DNA of 63,718 nucleotides, filler included, from Dugesia japonica (Eukaryota): NCBI GenBank assembly GCA_001938525.1. It is 6 parts of 6 records of this genome, joined end to end, with 100 filler letters (N's around TTAATTAATTAA, not from the genome) between each part and the next. Parts side by side here need not be neighbours in the genome. Positions count along the whole stretch, not along the records: positions 34,303 to 43,563 come from MQRL01212368.1; positions 43,664 to 53,781 come from MQRL01473909.1; 4 more parts are not named here. The stretch is one strand, 5' to 3'. The notes beneath the pieces were generated by a model. It was not told the DNA's origin. It did not search any database and saw nothing but the letters and a program-made list of their open reading frames with translations. The position numbers were made by a program, and so were the translations under genes. Positions within the stretch are counted from its first letter, which is position 1. Every line of letters starts with the position of its first letter. Below are positions 39,201 to 51,027 of the stretch, one piece after another.

Positions 39201-39990
39201 AAGAGAAATTTATTCTGTACGAAATTATTAATCCTTTAGAACACATCGTTACGGATATAGCATATATGAATATTGGTCGATCAAATAAAATATATATGAT
39301 GGTTATCATCGATCAACTTAGTAAAATGATTACTGCATTAAACAATCAAAATGAAACTGTTTTAAACAGCACTCTACTAAACCACTGGATTTAAAATTTT
39401 GGAAAACCACAGAAAATCGTATCAGACCGTGGTAAAGTATTTGAAGGGAAATTTTTACAAAATTTAGCTAGTAAGCTTAATATTTCATGGATCCTTACGT
39501 CTCCATATGAATATCAATCTAATGGATTAACTAAACGAGCAATCAGAACAGTTCGAGACCTGATAGTGACTTCAATGAAAGCGGGAGAGGAGGAAAATCT
39601 TGGGATGAGATTTTTCCTAAAGTAGAGTTTGCATTAAACTGTAGTGTATCAAAGTCAATGGGATTCTCACCAATTGAAATCATTTATAGGAGAAAGATAA
39701 ATATTTACACAAATAAAGAACACAACTTTGGAGAGGATGAAATTATAAATAATATTAAACAAGCATCGTAGACAATGATAAATCAAGGAAAAAACCGTGT
39801 TAGTAGTGAGTTCGAAGTAGGTGAACACGTGTTAGTAAGAAAAGACACCCAGAAATTAAAGAAGAATGATTTACTTGTACAAAATTAATGAATTTCTAAC
39901 ACCTCTCTAAAGTCGGTTAGAAACTCCACAAGGTTTTAGATTTAGAGGAATCGAATGGTTAAAGAGATGATTCTAGAAAGTGGGGGAGAC
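36291..39990 (+). mobile_element. Degenerate Ty3/gypsy LTR retrotransposon (gag-PR-RT-RH-IN)
   Basis: Two CCHC knuckles (CFCCGLMGHIRNNC, CLICGKTSHSFRNC), protease LWDTGA, RT MPFGLSTAPASFQ...YIDD, RNase H LDTDA...RKELL...TDHK, integrase CQFC/SDRG/SNG. Polypurine tract agaaagtgggggaga at ~39975-39989. Many stops. Confidence 0.92.
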
Positions 39991-41664
39991 ATTGAATATT
40001 TATCAAAACTGAATATTTGTTCAAATATTGTTTTTTAAGATAAAGTTATATTTTAAACTTATTAAAAAAATCTGTTATGGAAATTAGAACTTTTGATTTG
40101 ACTACAAGAAAACGAAAACTTGACATTAAGGTAAAAGTAGTAGGTAAGAAATTTATGGTCAAGAAAACGTCGTATATTTCGAAAATTCAAGCTAGAAAAT
40201 CAAAGCTCAACTAAGAAAGAAGCTAATGGGTTTTAAAGATAATAAATTAGGTTCCATCAGTTTTGGAATTCCAAAACATTTACCAATAAAAAGAAATCAT
40301 GTAATATGATTTGAATAATTTAGACAATGAGAACGATAGAAAAATGGAACGAATCTAATTAACCAGTAAAAAGAATGGGGACGTACCAGAAAAATAGTAT
40401 AAATACAGTTATCATTTTCAGGAAAAATCAATAAAATAAATTAACTTTTGAAATGACTATAACAAGAAAAGAGTGGTTTATTGGAAAAATTGTTCCAACG
40501 GTTACTGAATCAGATAACTATCTGCTCAATAAAGTGAAATGGGTGAGATATGGAGGGCCTTAGAAATTTTAAAAAATTACGAAGTATACAATGGTGTGTG
40601 TAATTGATAGTCAAATATCGTGTAGGTGTGTCAATTAATCAGACAGAAATCTAGACTACGCTAGTGTGCAATTAGAGATAGATTGATTAATTAATTCTGG
40701 TTGCAAAGTGATTTCAATCGCACTCTGTGTTTGCTCCAGATTAATATGCTGCTTACGTTGGTTTGATTAGTTTTCTTAAATTATAATTTGTACTTTAATC
40801 GATAAATTTTGGTGACGATTAATAATATATTTTTCACGAAATGAATTCTCTTAACTTAATAATACTGATTCTGACTATTAATAATAATTATATTTTTTTG
40901 AATTAAATGTCAAAATAATGTTCATATACTAATAATATTAAATAATAGTTAAAATAATTGATTAAAAATTTTAGTATTGATAGTAATGGTAGCAGTATTG
41001 ATTAATATTGAAAATGATCAGTGATAGTAAAGTCTATGAAGGGGTAACGATGATAATTATAAAATAATAAAAGTAAAGCCTTTTTTTNAATTATTAATCA
41101 GTAGCCATCCGTAATAACTTTCGATTTCACTACAGGCAACTTTAACGATAGTAATAATAATAATAGTAATGACTTTAATAATGATCGTGATAATAAAATT
41201 AATAATGTCGGCTATCAAAATAATAACCGATGGTGATAACAAATGAGTGGTTAATGAAGGGAATTAATTGTGATAAGGTTTAATAATAAGTATAGTGATC
41301 TTGAATAATGGCGATGACGACATGTAATTAATGGAAATAGGTGTAAGAATAATTATGATAATAATGCTAACTAGATGTCGCATTAATNCTAATCCAAAAT
41401 AACAAGAATGATAATTAGAATAATAATAAAATTCGTAGTGCATTACAAACTAAAAGCTCGATTTTCAGCCAACTTGCAACACTAAAAATTTTCGATAAAT
41501 CTAGGAAATAGTCTATCGATTGCCCATCTTTCCTTCTTTTTGAAGCTTAATACCAACAATAATAATAGTTGCAATAGTATACTAGTATATACATTATACA
41601 ATGACAGTCACTCTGATCATTAGGCTCACGAAGTTGTCTGTTGAACAAGAGCTAATATTATTGA

Positions 41665-41780
41665 AGTGTGAACCCGAACCAAAGATTCGAGCATGCACTC
41701 GAACTACGGATTAAGAGTCACCGTGTCTAATCAGAAAATCTAGAGCAAGGACACTAGATTAAATTCTTCACCCTAAATAT
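41665..41780. repeat. Dispersed structured repeat, copy B
   Basis: See copy A. Hairpins ttcgag/ctcgaa, acgg/ccgt and aatctag/ctagatt. Confidence 0.6.
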
Positions 41781-42323
41781 AGTTTAAAATTGAGCTGCTT
41801 AGATGAATCTCAACATAAGTAATAATCATAATAATAATACAATATACACCTTTCGTTATATGTAAATTATTGTTAAAGCAAAAGTTTTTCAATATTTCCA
41901 ATTAAGTAATCCGATTCTGGACTTTAAAAAATACTTTCTTTGTAGACAAATTTTCGTTATAAATGCATTCGCTACAAAGAAGTTCTACTGTAAATTCTGT
42001 CTAGAGTGATTGTTACATTAAACATCCTTTATCCTAATCAAAGAGTATTTGATTATCTTTTAAATAATTAATTATTTAAATATTTACTTGATAAAAATTG
42101 TCTACTAAAAATATTTTATAAAGTTAAATCATTTTTAAAAACTTACATTTTTGTAAATTATTGTGCATTGATATTTTATTGGTATAATAATTTTCTAAAC
42201 GATTAAAATAAATTCACACATCATCTCTATTCTATTATTTTCAAATAAAACTAAAATTAAAGTGACACACCATATTTGTTTATCTGAATCAAATTGAAAT
42301 ACTTTAGTGAATATTTTTTGATA

Positions 42324-42789
42324 ATGGTTTTCGACGTTTTTTCTGCTCTAATTATTGGTGGTCTACTGCTTTTAAGTTTAATTTTTTATTTGAGAAGCCT
42401 TAATAAAGATTCCGAAACAATTACAGAAAATCAAGTTAATCAAGGTTATTTGTCAATATTTATAGCTTTTAATTTCATTGATTATTAAAAAATATTAATT
42501 ATTAATATATTCAGTAGATGAAGCCAAGGAAATAAAAAGTAAAAAATCAACGAAGGATTGGAAGAAGACAACAAAAGAATCAAAATTCCAATTTACTCAT
42601 AAATGGTTAATAACTGTACTTAAAGGTCAAACAGGGAATATATTAGATTTTGATATCAGTTCGAATGGTAGACATATTTTATCTGTTGGATCTGGTTAGA
42701 TTTTATTATAAATGCTTATTATGTAAATAATTTTCAGATCGTTCTTTGTTTTTATGGAAGATTAAAGAAATATGGCAAAAGGAAAGAAA
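42324..42789 (+). CDS. TBL2: Transducin beta-like 2 (N-terminal TM + WD40), first three exons 42324-42444, 42515/42518-42694, 42738-42789; remainder not found
   Basis: N-terminal hydrophobic anchor, Lys-rich linker, then FTHKWLITVLKGQTGNILDFDISSNGRHILSVGSD|RSLFLWKIKE, which matches TBL2 (LKSHSGNIxxMDFSSNGKYLAxCADDRTIRIW). Phase-consistent GT-AG introns. Confidence 0.8.
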
Positions 42790-43563
42790 GTAATTTATTC
42801 TTAAATTTTTAAGATATATATTTAGTCATCTAAAATTTCGAAATATATTAATATTTAAAACTAATATCAGATAATAACAGATGGTGTTATTGCTGCCTAA
42901 TAATATCACAATTAAATTAATTATAATTGAGAATAACGTAATTTTGATTGGTTCAAATAGGTAACATGTTCAAATGTCATTTTCTAATTTTTTCTTAGAT
43001 ATTGGCAGTTAGAAACATGCATGATTATAAAGGAGATTTTTTAGAGAATTTTCATTTATCAAAATATTGAATTTGTATAGAAAATATTTCCAAATGCTAT
43101 TTTGTAATGTCTAATTTTATTTCAGATTTTTTAACGTATTATTTAGAGGGAAATCCTGCTGACACTTTGAGCACCGTGTGCAACAAGTGTGCCTCACATA
43201 TACGTATAAAAATATCATTACCGCATTTAACGTGTTACTAATTGATATTGTTATAAAAAAATTAATTTCTGGGTGCTTCAACTTTCCAATGAAAATTACT
43301 ATTCCTTTGTAACCTGGAAAATTTTAGATTTGTGTTAGTCTCACAATTTTTGGAACAAAGTGATGATTTTACCGTATTTTCGGGTATGATTTCAGGATTC
43401 CTCGCATTAATTAACTATTTTGTCAAATAAAAAAGTCAATTCCTGATGAATACAAAGTCGTAAATCAGAATTATTATCAAAAACAAAAATAATTTGATAG
43501 AAGCTTTTTTTTAATGAAATCTCAAAAATGATCCAACAAATATTCTCGCAATAATTGTAAAAA

Positions 43564-43663
43564 NNNNNNNNNNNNNNNNNNNNNNNNNNNNNNNNNNNNN
43601 NNNNNNNTTAATTAATTAANNNNNNNNNNNNNNNNNNNNNNNNNNNNNNNNNNNNNNNNNNNN
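43564..43663. other. Artificial assembly linker
   Basis: 44N-TTAATTAATTAA-44N. Confidence 0.95.
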
Positions 43664-44259
43664 AAATAGTAATATTTGATGATATGTCAATCAAAGCTTT
43701 TCTGACACAGTTTTCCAATTGTATAAATCTTTGAATATGAATAAATGGTAGTAGATATACATCTCTGTCGTAAAAATATAAATTTCAAGTTATAATTTGT
43801 TTCTTTTTTCTGGGATACTGAACCAATTTTTATTGATAAATTATTGATAATTTGTATATTGCTTTATCCTATAACGATCTTTTCAATTTAGTGCCCAGAA
43901 TTGGATGACCAAATAGCCTATGTCAGTGTCATAAATTACTACAAAAAGTTATTATAGAAAGGTGTTACTCAAAGAAATACGAGCGGACTTTGCTCAGATA
44001 TTAATAAAAAAGCTTGAAGTCGTAAGCAAGAAACAACTTGAGATTGCTAACCGCACAAATAATCAGCTGTGCAACAAAGTAAATTTCTTAAAGCAATGCA
44101 TCGCCAACCTGAGCACACTTCTGGAATTCAAAACTTGGACTAACTGGAACAGCGATGATGATGAGGCCGCGTTCGACTTTACGAACGACACGCTTGATAT
44201 TCTTTAAATAAATATTCTTTGAAAATGTGTTATCTCTGTCTTAGTAATCATGAAGTTAG

Positions 44260-44395
44260 AGGAACTGTGGACTTAAATTAAAGCGGTGCGAGCTCGTACT
44301 TCAAATATACGTTGGGATTCAACGGCTCCACTCCGAAAGCCTGACTAGGGATGTTAGGTTAAATCCTTCGTGGGGTCCACTGAGGGCTGACTTTT
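44260..44395. repeat. Dispersed structured repeat, copy C
   Basis: Hairpins gtgcga/tcgtac, cgttg/caacg and agcctgac/gttaggtt, followed by aaatccttc. Confidence 0.55.
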
Positions 44396-45860
44396 CCCAC
44401 AGCCATTTTTTTTCACTCAGAAGAACCGCAATAGTATGTCAAATTATAAATATTTACAAAGATATATTGAAATTATACGTTAAATCACATATATTTACAA
44501 AAATTATATACTAAGTGATTTAATAATAATTTTTTTTAATATATAATATACCTTCATAAAATACATTTTAATCAGTGGCGTAGCCAGGAATATATGAAGG
44601 GGGTTTTTAATTTTTGTTTTTGATAACTAACATAAAACCACAAAGACGTTAAAGGTGTGAGTGCACGCGATTAACGGGTCTGCAAAATTGTATAATTATA
44701 CTGATATTATGACACTCTACCTATTCATCATCATCGCCGTTTTGTGACCATCTTTCAAATGTCCAAGCAAGCTTGGGTTGGTTGGCTGCTCCCCAACATA
44801 AAACAGATAGTCAATTAAACCTTTAGCTACAACTTTTTAAACAACCATATACTTGGCTTGAGAAGCTGGTCTGTAATAATCGATTTACATAAACATTTAA
44901 TTTCATTATCATAATAATTGTCCACAAATGAAATGATTCAATTAATTAAGACAATTGTCAAATAAAAGAACTTCACATAAAGGTAATTATCAAATGTCTG
45001 AATTAGATCGAATAGTATGTCTGAACAAATCACATAAAATGTCAAATTAAATTGTTATTTGTCTTCTACCGGATTTCTTTAACTGGATTCATTTTCTGGT
45101 ATTCGTTTAATGGATCTTGAGGTCTTGGATGGAATATTTATAATTTGGGTGTTGTTTAATGTTATGTTGTTGTGTGTTTGTTTGCATGTATATGTTATAT
45201 TATGTGTTGTTTCCAAAACAAATAATAATGTCCCTTTATTAAAATAAATAAATTTTAATATGATAAAATTTTCTTTTTATAGCATCATCGAATATTGTTT
45301 TCATTAAAGTGACATTAGGTGTTTCAATAAGGCAAATAAAACAAAGAATAACGCAATAAGAAAAAATATGTATCTATTAAATTTTTATCAAATATTTGTA
45401 ACTTTTTGTAGAATAAATTTACTTTAAGATGAGTTTTTAAAATCATAATGATTCTTTTTTGAAAATTAAGTTAAATCATATTTTTTTAAACTAAAATAAC
45501 ACTTAAACACGTATCTAAAAATATATTGGATTTTAAAATTTATAAAAATTGAAGTATATTGAATAATTATCAAATTAATGAAATACTCAGTAAATATTCT
45601 ACTATCTATTAAGAAAGGTAAATTGTCACAACATTAATGATAAGCTTTACATTAATTAAAGCATAATAATTCATATTAGTTAGCAATGTCCATAAAACTA
45701 GTTTATTTGTTTAAAATATAAATTATTTATACATAATATTTATAAATGGCTACCGTATTTAATTTAATTTTATTTGGATTCAATATAAATTGAATATAAT
45801 AATATTTAGAGATTATTATTTACTTCTTATTTTTTTAAACTTATAGAAGTGTAACATTTG

Positions 45861-48800
45861 ATGATATATCGTGAAATGTCAATTAGTGTTAATGGTAGTG
45901 GCATTGTATCGGATGATGCTCAAAAGCGAAAACAAATTCAACAACAGTTAATTCTAATTTTTCATGCATGTCGCTGTCAAAAACATTATGAAATACATGG
46001 AGTGAATCCATGTCCTAGTCCACACTGTGCCATGATGAGAGATGTTTTATCTCATATGTCTATATGTACTAAAGAGAAACAATGTCCTTTCTCACATTGT
46101 TCCACGTCGAAACGTATATTGTCGCATTGGAAAAGATGTGGGAAAATAACATGTCTAATATGTGCTCCAATAAAGTCTAGACAACAATCTAATAAAAGTA
46201 AAATAGCTTATGATAATGTGGATCAAGATGGAAAAGATAATTTGACTATAAATACAGAAAATACAATAACACAAGATAAAAAGCCTGTGGAAAAATCTTT
46301 CGATTATAAAGTGGATATAAGTGATAATAAACTGAAAGATTGGAAAACTGTAGATAAAAATATTCGTAGCAGATTAATAAACAGAATGTAAGACTTATTT
46401 AATTTATTCAATTTCTGATTAATTTATAGAGTTGAAACAATTTTACCTGTCAAGGATTGTGGTAAGGCATATAAAGATGAAAGAATGATCAATATAATTG
46501 ATCATGCCAAGAAAATTGAAAATGATAGTTATTTAAAGTCGAGTACTATTGATGAATATTATAGATTACTTGCTGAAAATTGTTTTATAATTCACAAAAA
46601 GTTATGTATTAGTCAAAAGAGTTCTGAAAATTGTGTTAGTTGTCCTGAAATTATAACCAAATCCCCCAATATTTCTATTGACAATTCGATAAATAATAAC
46701 AATGATCCTGATTTATTTCTAGCATCAAATAAAACCTGCTCTGATACAGATCATTTAAATCATTTCGAAAAAATTCTTCAAAATGAGTACGAGCGACAGC
46801 GAAAACTTTTACTAAATTATGATACCACTAAAGAAGAAATAAAAATTGAGCAAAAAGTTAAAGAACCTAAGCAAGAGTCACAACTTATTACTACAGAAAC
46901 GACTAATAAACAAGAAACATTAGTAAAAATTTGGGCTAAAGATGAATTAATAATAGAATTCAAAGTTTTTTTTGATTTTGTAAAAAATAATAAAAATGCT
47001 CAACTTTTTTTAAGTCAAGTAGATACAAAAAATTATAACAATTTAGAATCTGTGAAAGCTTCATCTAAATGTATATCACTTTCAACAATATCCCAAAAAT
47101 TAGAAGATGGTGATTATGAAGATCCGTGGGGTGTTGTCGATGATTTGAATATTTTGATTAAAAATGTTTGTATTTATACTAAAAAAAAGGGAAAGTCAAA
47201 AAAAGATTTTGTACAGGTAATTAATGTTTTAAATAATGATGATGTAATTTTATTCCAGAGCATGAATGATATACAAGTTCAAATTGATGAGATAATGGTA
47301 AAATTAGGTTTCTGTTGTGGTCGCGCTGAGGTTTATCAGCCGTTAACCTTGCTCTGTTGTACTGCAAATGTTTGTACAATTAATAAAGATTCGGTTTATT
47401 ATGCATATCAAAATGAAAATGAGTAATAATTTACAATTAAAAAAAATATTTACATAAGTTTAGTGATAAAGTTCCAGGGATGTTAGTGGATTCATATCTT
47501 TGTTGTGAAAAATGTTATTCTGACAATTCTACAAAAGTTTCCTTTATCGCGGAATCTAATGAAATGGTGTAAGTATGAATAAATTTGTATTAAAAGTTTT
47601 TATCAAATTATGTAGAACTATTAGAAAGGATCTTTTAGTTAAAAAAAGAAATAATGTCGAAATTCACGAAGAATTTGTTTTTTGCCATGATTGCAAGCGA
47701 AAGTGGCATAAAGTTTGCGCATGTCACATTGATGAAATATGGTCATCATTTTACTGTAAAAGTTGTGTAAAAAATGGGCAAAAGCGAGAAAATAAATATA
47801 CTGCTAAACGTTTATTGCCATCCGTATTAAGTAACTTTTTAGAAAAAAGGGTCAATGATTATTTAAAAAAAAATGAGATAACTACAGATAATGTTATTAT
47901 TCGGGTTCTTTCGAGTGTTAAAAAGGTCACTGAAGTAAAGACTGGAATGAAATCTTACTTTGGCGATTCTGAAACTTCGTTTCCATATCGTTCAAAAGCC
48001 ATATTTGCATTTCAAGAGTACCAAGGACGTGAAGTATGTTTTTTTGGCCTACATGTTCAAGAATATGGATCTGATTGCCCTGAACCTAATAGAAGAAGAG
48101 TGTATGTAGCGTATCTTGATTCTGTCAAATACTTTGAACCTTCAAAACACAGAACTAAAGTTTATTATGAGATTCTTGTTGGATATTTAGATTATGTTAA
48201 AAAATTAGGGTATGTCATGGCTCATATATGGGCATGTCCTCCTAGTGAAGGTGACGATTATATTTTTCATATTCATCCACCTGATCAAAGAATTCCGAAA
48301 CCGAAAAGATTACAAGAATGGTATACAAAAATGTTGGATAAGGGTATTCAAGAATTAGTCATAGATGATTATAAAGATGTTTATAAAGATGCCCATTTAT
48401 CAGAAATAAAATCAGTTAACGAGATACCGTATTTTGAAGGTGACTTTTGGCCAAATGCATTTGAAGATATTCTCAAAGAATTTGAAGAGAATAATCGTAA
48501 AGCGAAGGAAATTGTACAGGACGATGATGATAATGATTCACTAGTTACATATGAGATAAGTAAAGATAGTATTGGAAATAAGAAACCAAAAAAACGAAAG
48601 CAGAAAAAAACAACAAACATAGCGACATCTAAACGGAAAAAAATTCACGATCCTGCAGATACGGTTAATGAACTTTTTAAAAAAGTGTTAGAAATTATGG
48701 AGAAGCATAAAGATAATTTTTTTATCATAAGATTGCATCCACAAAAAAATGTTTGTAATCTTAAAGAAATTAACGACCCTGATCCAACACTGGAATCCGA

Positions 48801-50490
48801 ATTAATGGATGGAAGAGAAAATTTTTTACAAATGGCGCGCGCTAAACATTTAGAATTTTCCAACTTGCGTCGCTCATTATATTCTACTTTAGTAATGTGC
48901 TATGAATTACACAATGAGGTAAAACAAAGTTTTTGTTACACTTGTAACGCGTGTAATGCGCAAATTGAAACTAGATATCACTGCAAATTATGTGAGGAAT
49001 ATGATCTTTGTCAAAAATGTTATGCTACAGAGAAACATATCCATACTTTAGAGAAAATTGGTTCAGGCGTTGAAGATGAAAGTGATAATCTAAATTTTAA
49101 AACTGATGAAAATTGTGAAGAAACAAATCGAAGACGAATAGATAGATTAGTCAAGTATTTTGAACATGCTGCAACTTGTAGAGATGCTTGTTGTAGAATG
49201 AATGCATGCAGCTTTTTTAAGAAAGCATTGTCACACAGTAAAAATTGCAAGGAACGAAATGCGCAATCATGTAGTAATTGTAAAGGAATATTTAAATTAT
49301 CTGCTTATCATGCTAAATTTTGTACTGATGTAAAATGTTCCATTATATTTTGTCAGCAAATTAAGCAAAAACTAAAAAAGCAAGAAAATAAACAAAGGTA
49401 TATTCAAAAACAAATACTTAGAAGACGCACTGCTTTGATGCGTTGTAACAGTAATGTTTCAAATAATCCATCGTCTTCATCTGGCCAAGATTTAAGTAAC
49501 ACAGTAACTACTAATTCAGTTGCACAGCCACAGTATCAGTTTGTCCAAAATAATGGGCCGCTATCTAATAATTCCAATAATACAAATTTAGATTTCACTC
49601 CTGTTAAGATTAATACTCCTACTGGTAATCCATCATTTAATGTTAAATCAAATTACATACAACAATCGAATCCAAATATAATTCCTATAAATTCTCACAT
49701 AAATGACATTTCGAATTTCCAATATGGGGTTTACACTAATGGAAATTATCCATCAGTCAATAAAGGATTTCCTTCCCATAAAGACATGCAAATAGTAGAA
49801 AATGCTTATGCAACTTTTCAAAATCAACCAGATGGTCATTTAAAGGTATTTAATTATTGTTTGCTTTTTTTCTTTATTTTGTATTAGTTCAATGAATGGC
49901 TGAAAAACAACCCCAATTATACACATATATATCGTCATTTTATTAGTTCAAAGCAATCATCTAAACCTGCTATATATTCTTCGAATGTACCTCAAAATTC
50001 TTTAATACATCAAAGATTGACTCCAGCACAGTCTAATCAGTCACAATTGTCATATTATGTCAATAATCCGTCTATTCCTCAACAAATAAATCCAAATTAT
50101 ATTCAAGATATGAATAATCATATTTTAGCCAATAACAAAGCTATATCAGGAATAATTCCTAATCAAATGTCTCTTCCAATAAATCGTATATCAAATCACA
50201 TTACTAATTATTCTCCATCATCGGGACATACGTTTATGATGAATAATTTAAATTATATTCCAAATTTTCAAAATCATCAGTCGTCTTCAAATAATTTACG
50301 CCCATCAGCCAATTATTCTCAAATCTCTAACGGAACCAATATGAACTATCCTGGTTCTCAACAAGTTTTTTCCAAAATGATGGTACCTCAAAAAGGATTG
50401 CCTCAACAGACTCAAGTTAATTTTCAATCTTCGAATCCCAATGATTCTCAAATTTACCGCTCAAACCATCAAAATAATTACTTTAATTAA
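45861..50490 (+). CDS. CREBBP: CBP/p300 histone acetyltransferase. Exons 45861-46387, 46430-47216, 47259-47422, 47464-47568, 47616-49845, 49888-50490
   Basis: Domains in order: TAZ1 (QQQLILIFHACRC...HW), KIX (DEYYRLLAE), bromodomain (LSTISQKLEDGDYEDPW), RING/PHD, HAT (YVAYLDS, HIWACPPSEGDDYIF, PKPKRLQEWY, PYFEGDFWP), ZZ, TAZ2 and a Q/N-rich tail. Five GT-AG introns of 42, 42, 41, 47 and 42 bp join the frames. The start could be ATG 45861 or 45876. Confidence 0.96.
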
Positions 50491-51027
50491 GAAAATTCTT
50501 TCATTCCTTTACTTTTTAATTTTAAAGTTTTCAACTTCGTAAAATTTAAATTAAATGTTCGTGATTTATGCAGAATGAATTGTAAGAGAATGTATTGTAA
50601 GTGCTTTAAATAATTTTTTAAAGTTGATTTGTGATTAATTATTTACTGTGAGATTTGTGTATAAAATGTACAGTTATTTTCATATCAAGAGCTTCCTTAA
50701 TAATTTTTACTTTGTGTGAAGTCCCAAATTAATTTTGAAATATCCATTTCTAGTCCTTAAATTCATTTTTACTGAATAAATAATTGGACTATTGTATTGC
50801 ATGATTAAATTTTTGTTATGTAACGTACTGTTTCTTCGAATTGATTAAAAATTGGATTTTATTGTGGAAATTTTAAGTATAATATTTGTATATTAAATTA
50901 TGTAAAATTATTTTTTAATGTTTATCAGAAATTTTATTATTTTTGATATGTAATAAATCCATAAATTATTGAATTTGTTTAAATAATTTAAATGTGCAAT
51001 ATTTGAAATTATAAATAAGAAAATAAA

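Noticed and set aside
5295-39990. Alternative genetic code to explain the many in-frame stops
   Set aside because: Stops of all three types plus frameshifts are confined to TE relics, and the host genes translate cleanly with the standard code.
43443-43470. ctgatga as a second hammerhead core
   Set aside because: It aligns to the arm of the long-TIR element (cctggcgaa in the other copy) and has no GAAA or stems.
3910-44605. Isolated hAT-like termini at ~3910, ~4727, ~15237 and ~44573
   Set aside because: Only single ends resemble hAT TIRs; no partner TIR or 8-bp TSD was found, so the elements cannot be delimited.
48381-49250. Antisense ORFs inside CBP (and those opposite the gypsy and mariner ORFs)
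   Set aside because: Shadow frames of real coding sequence with no independent support.
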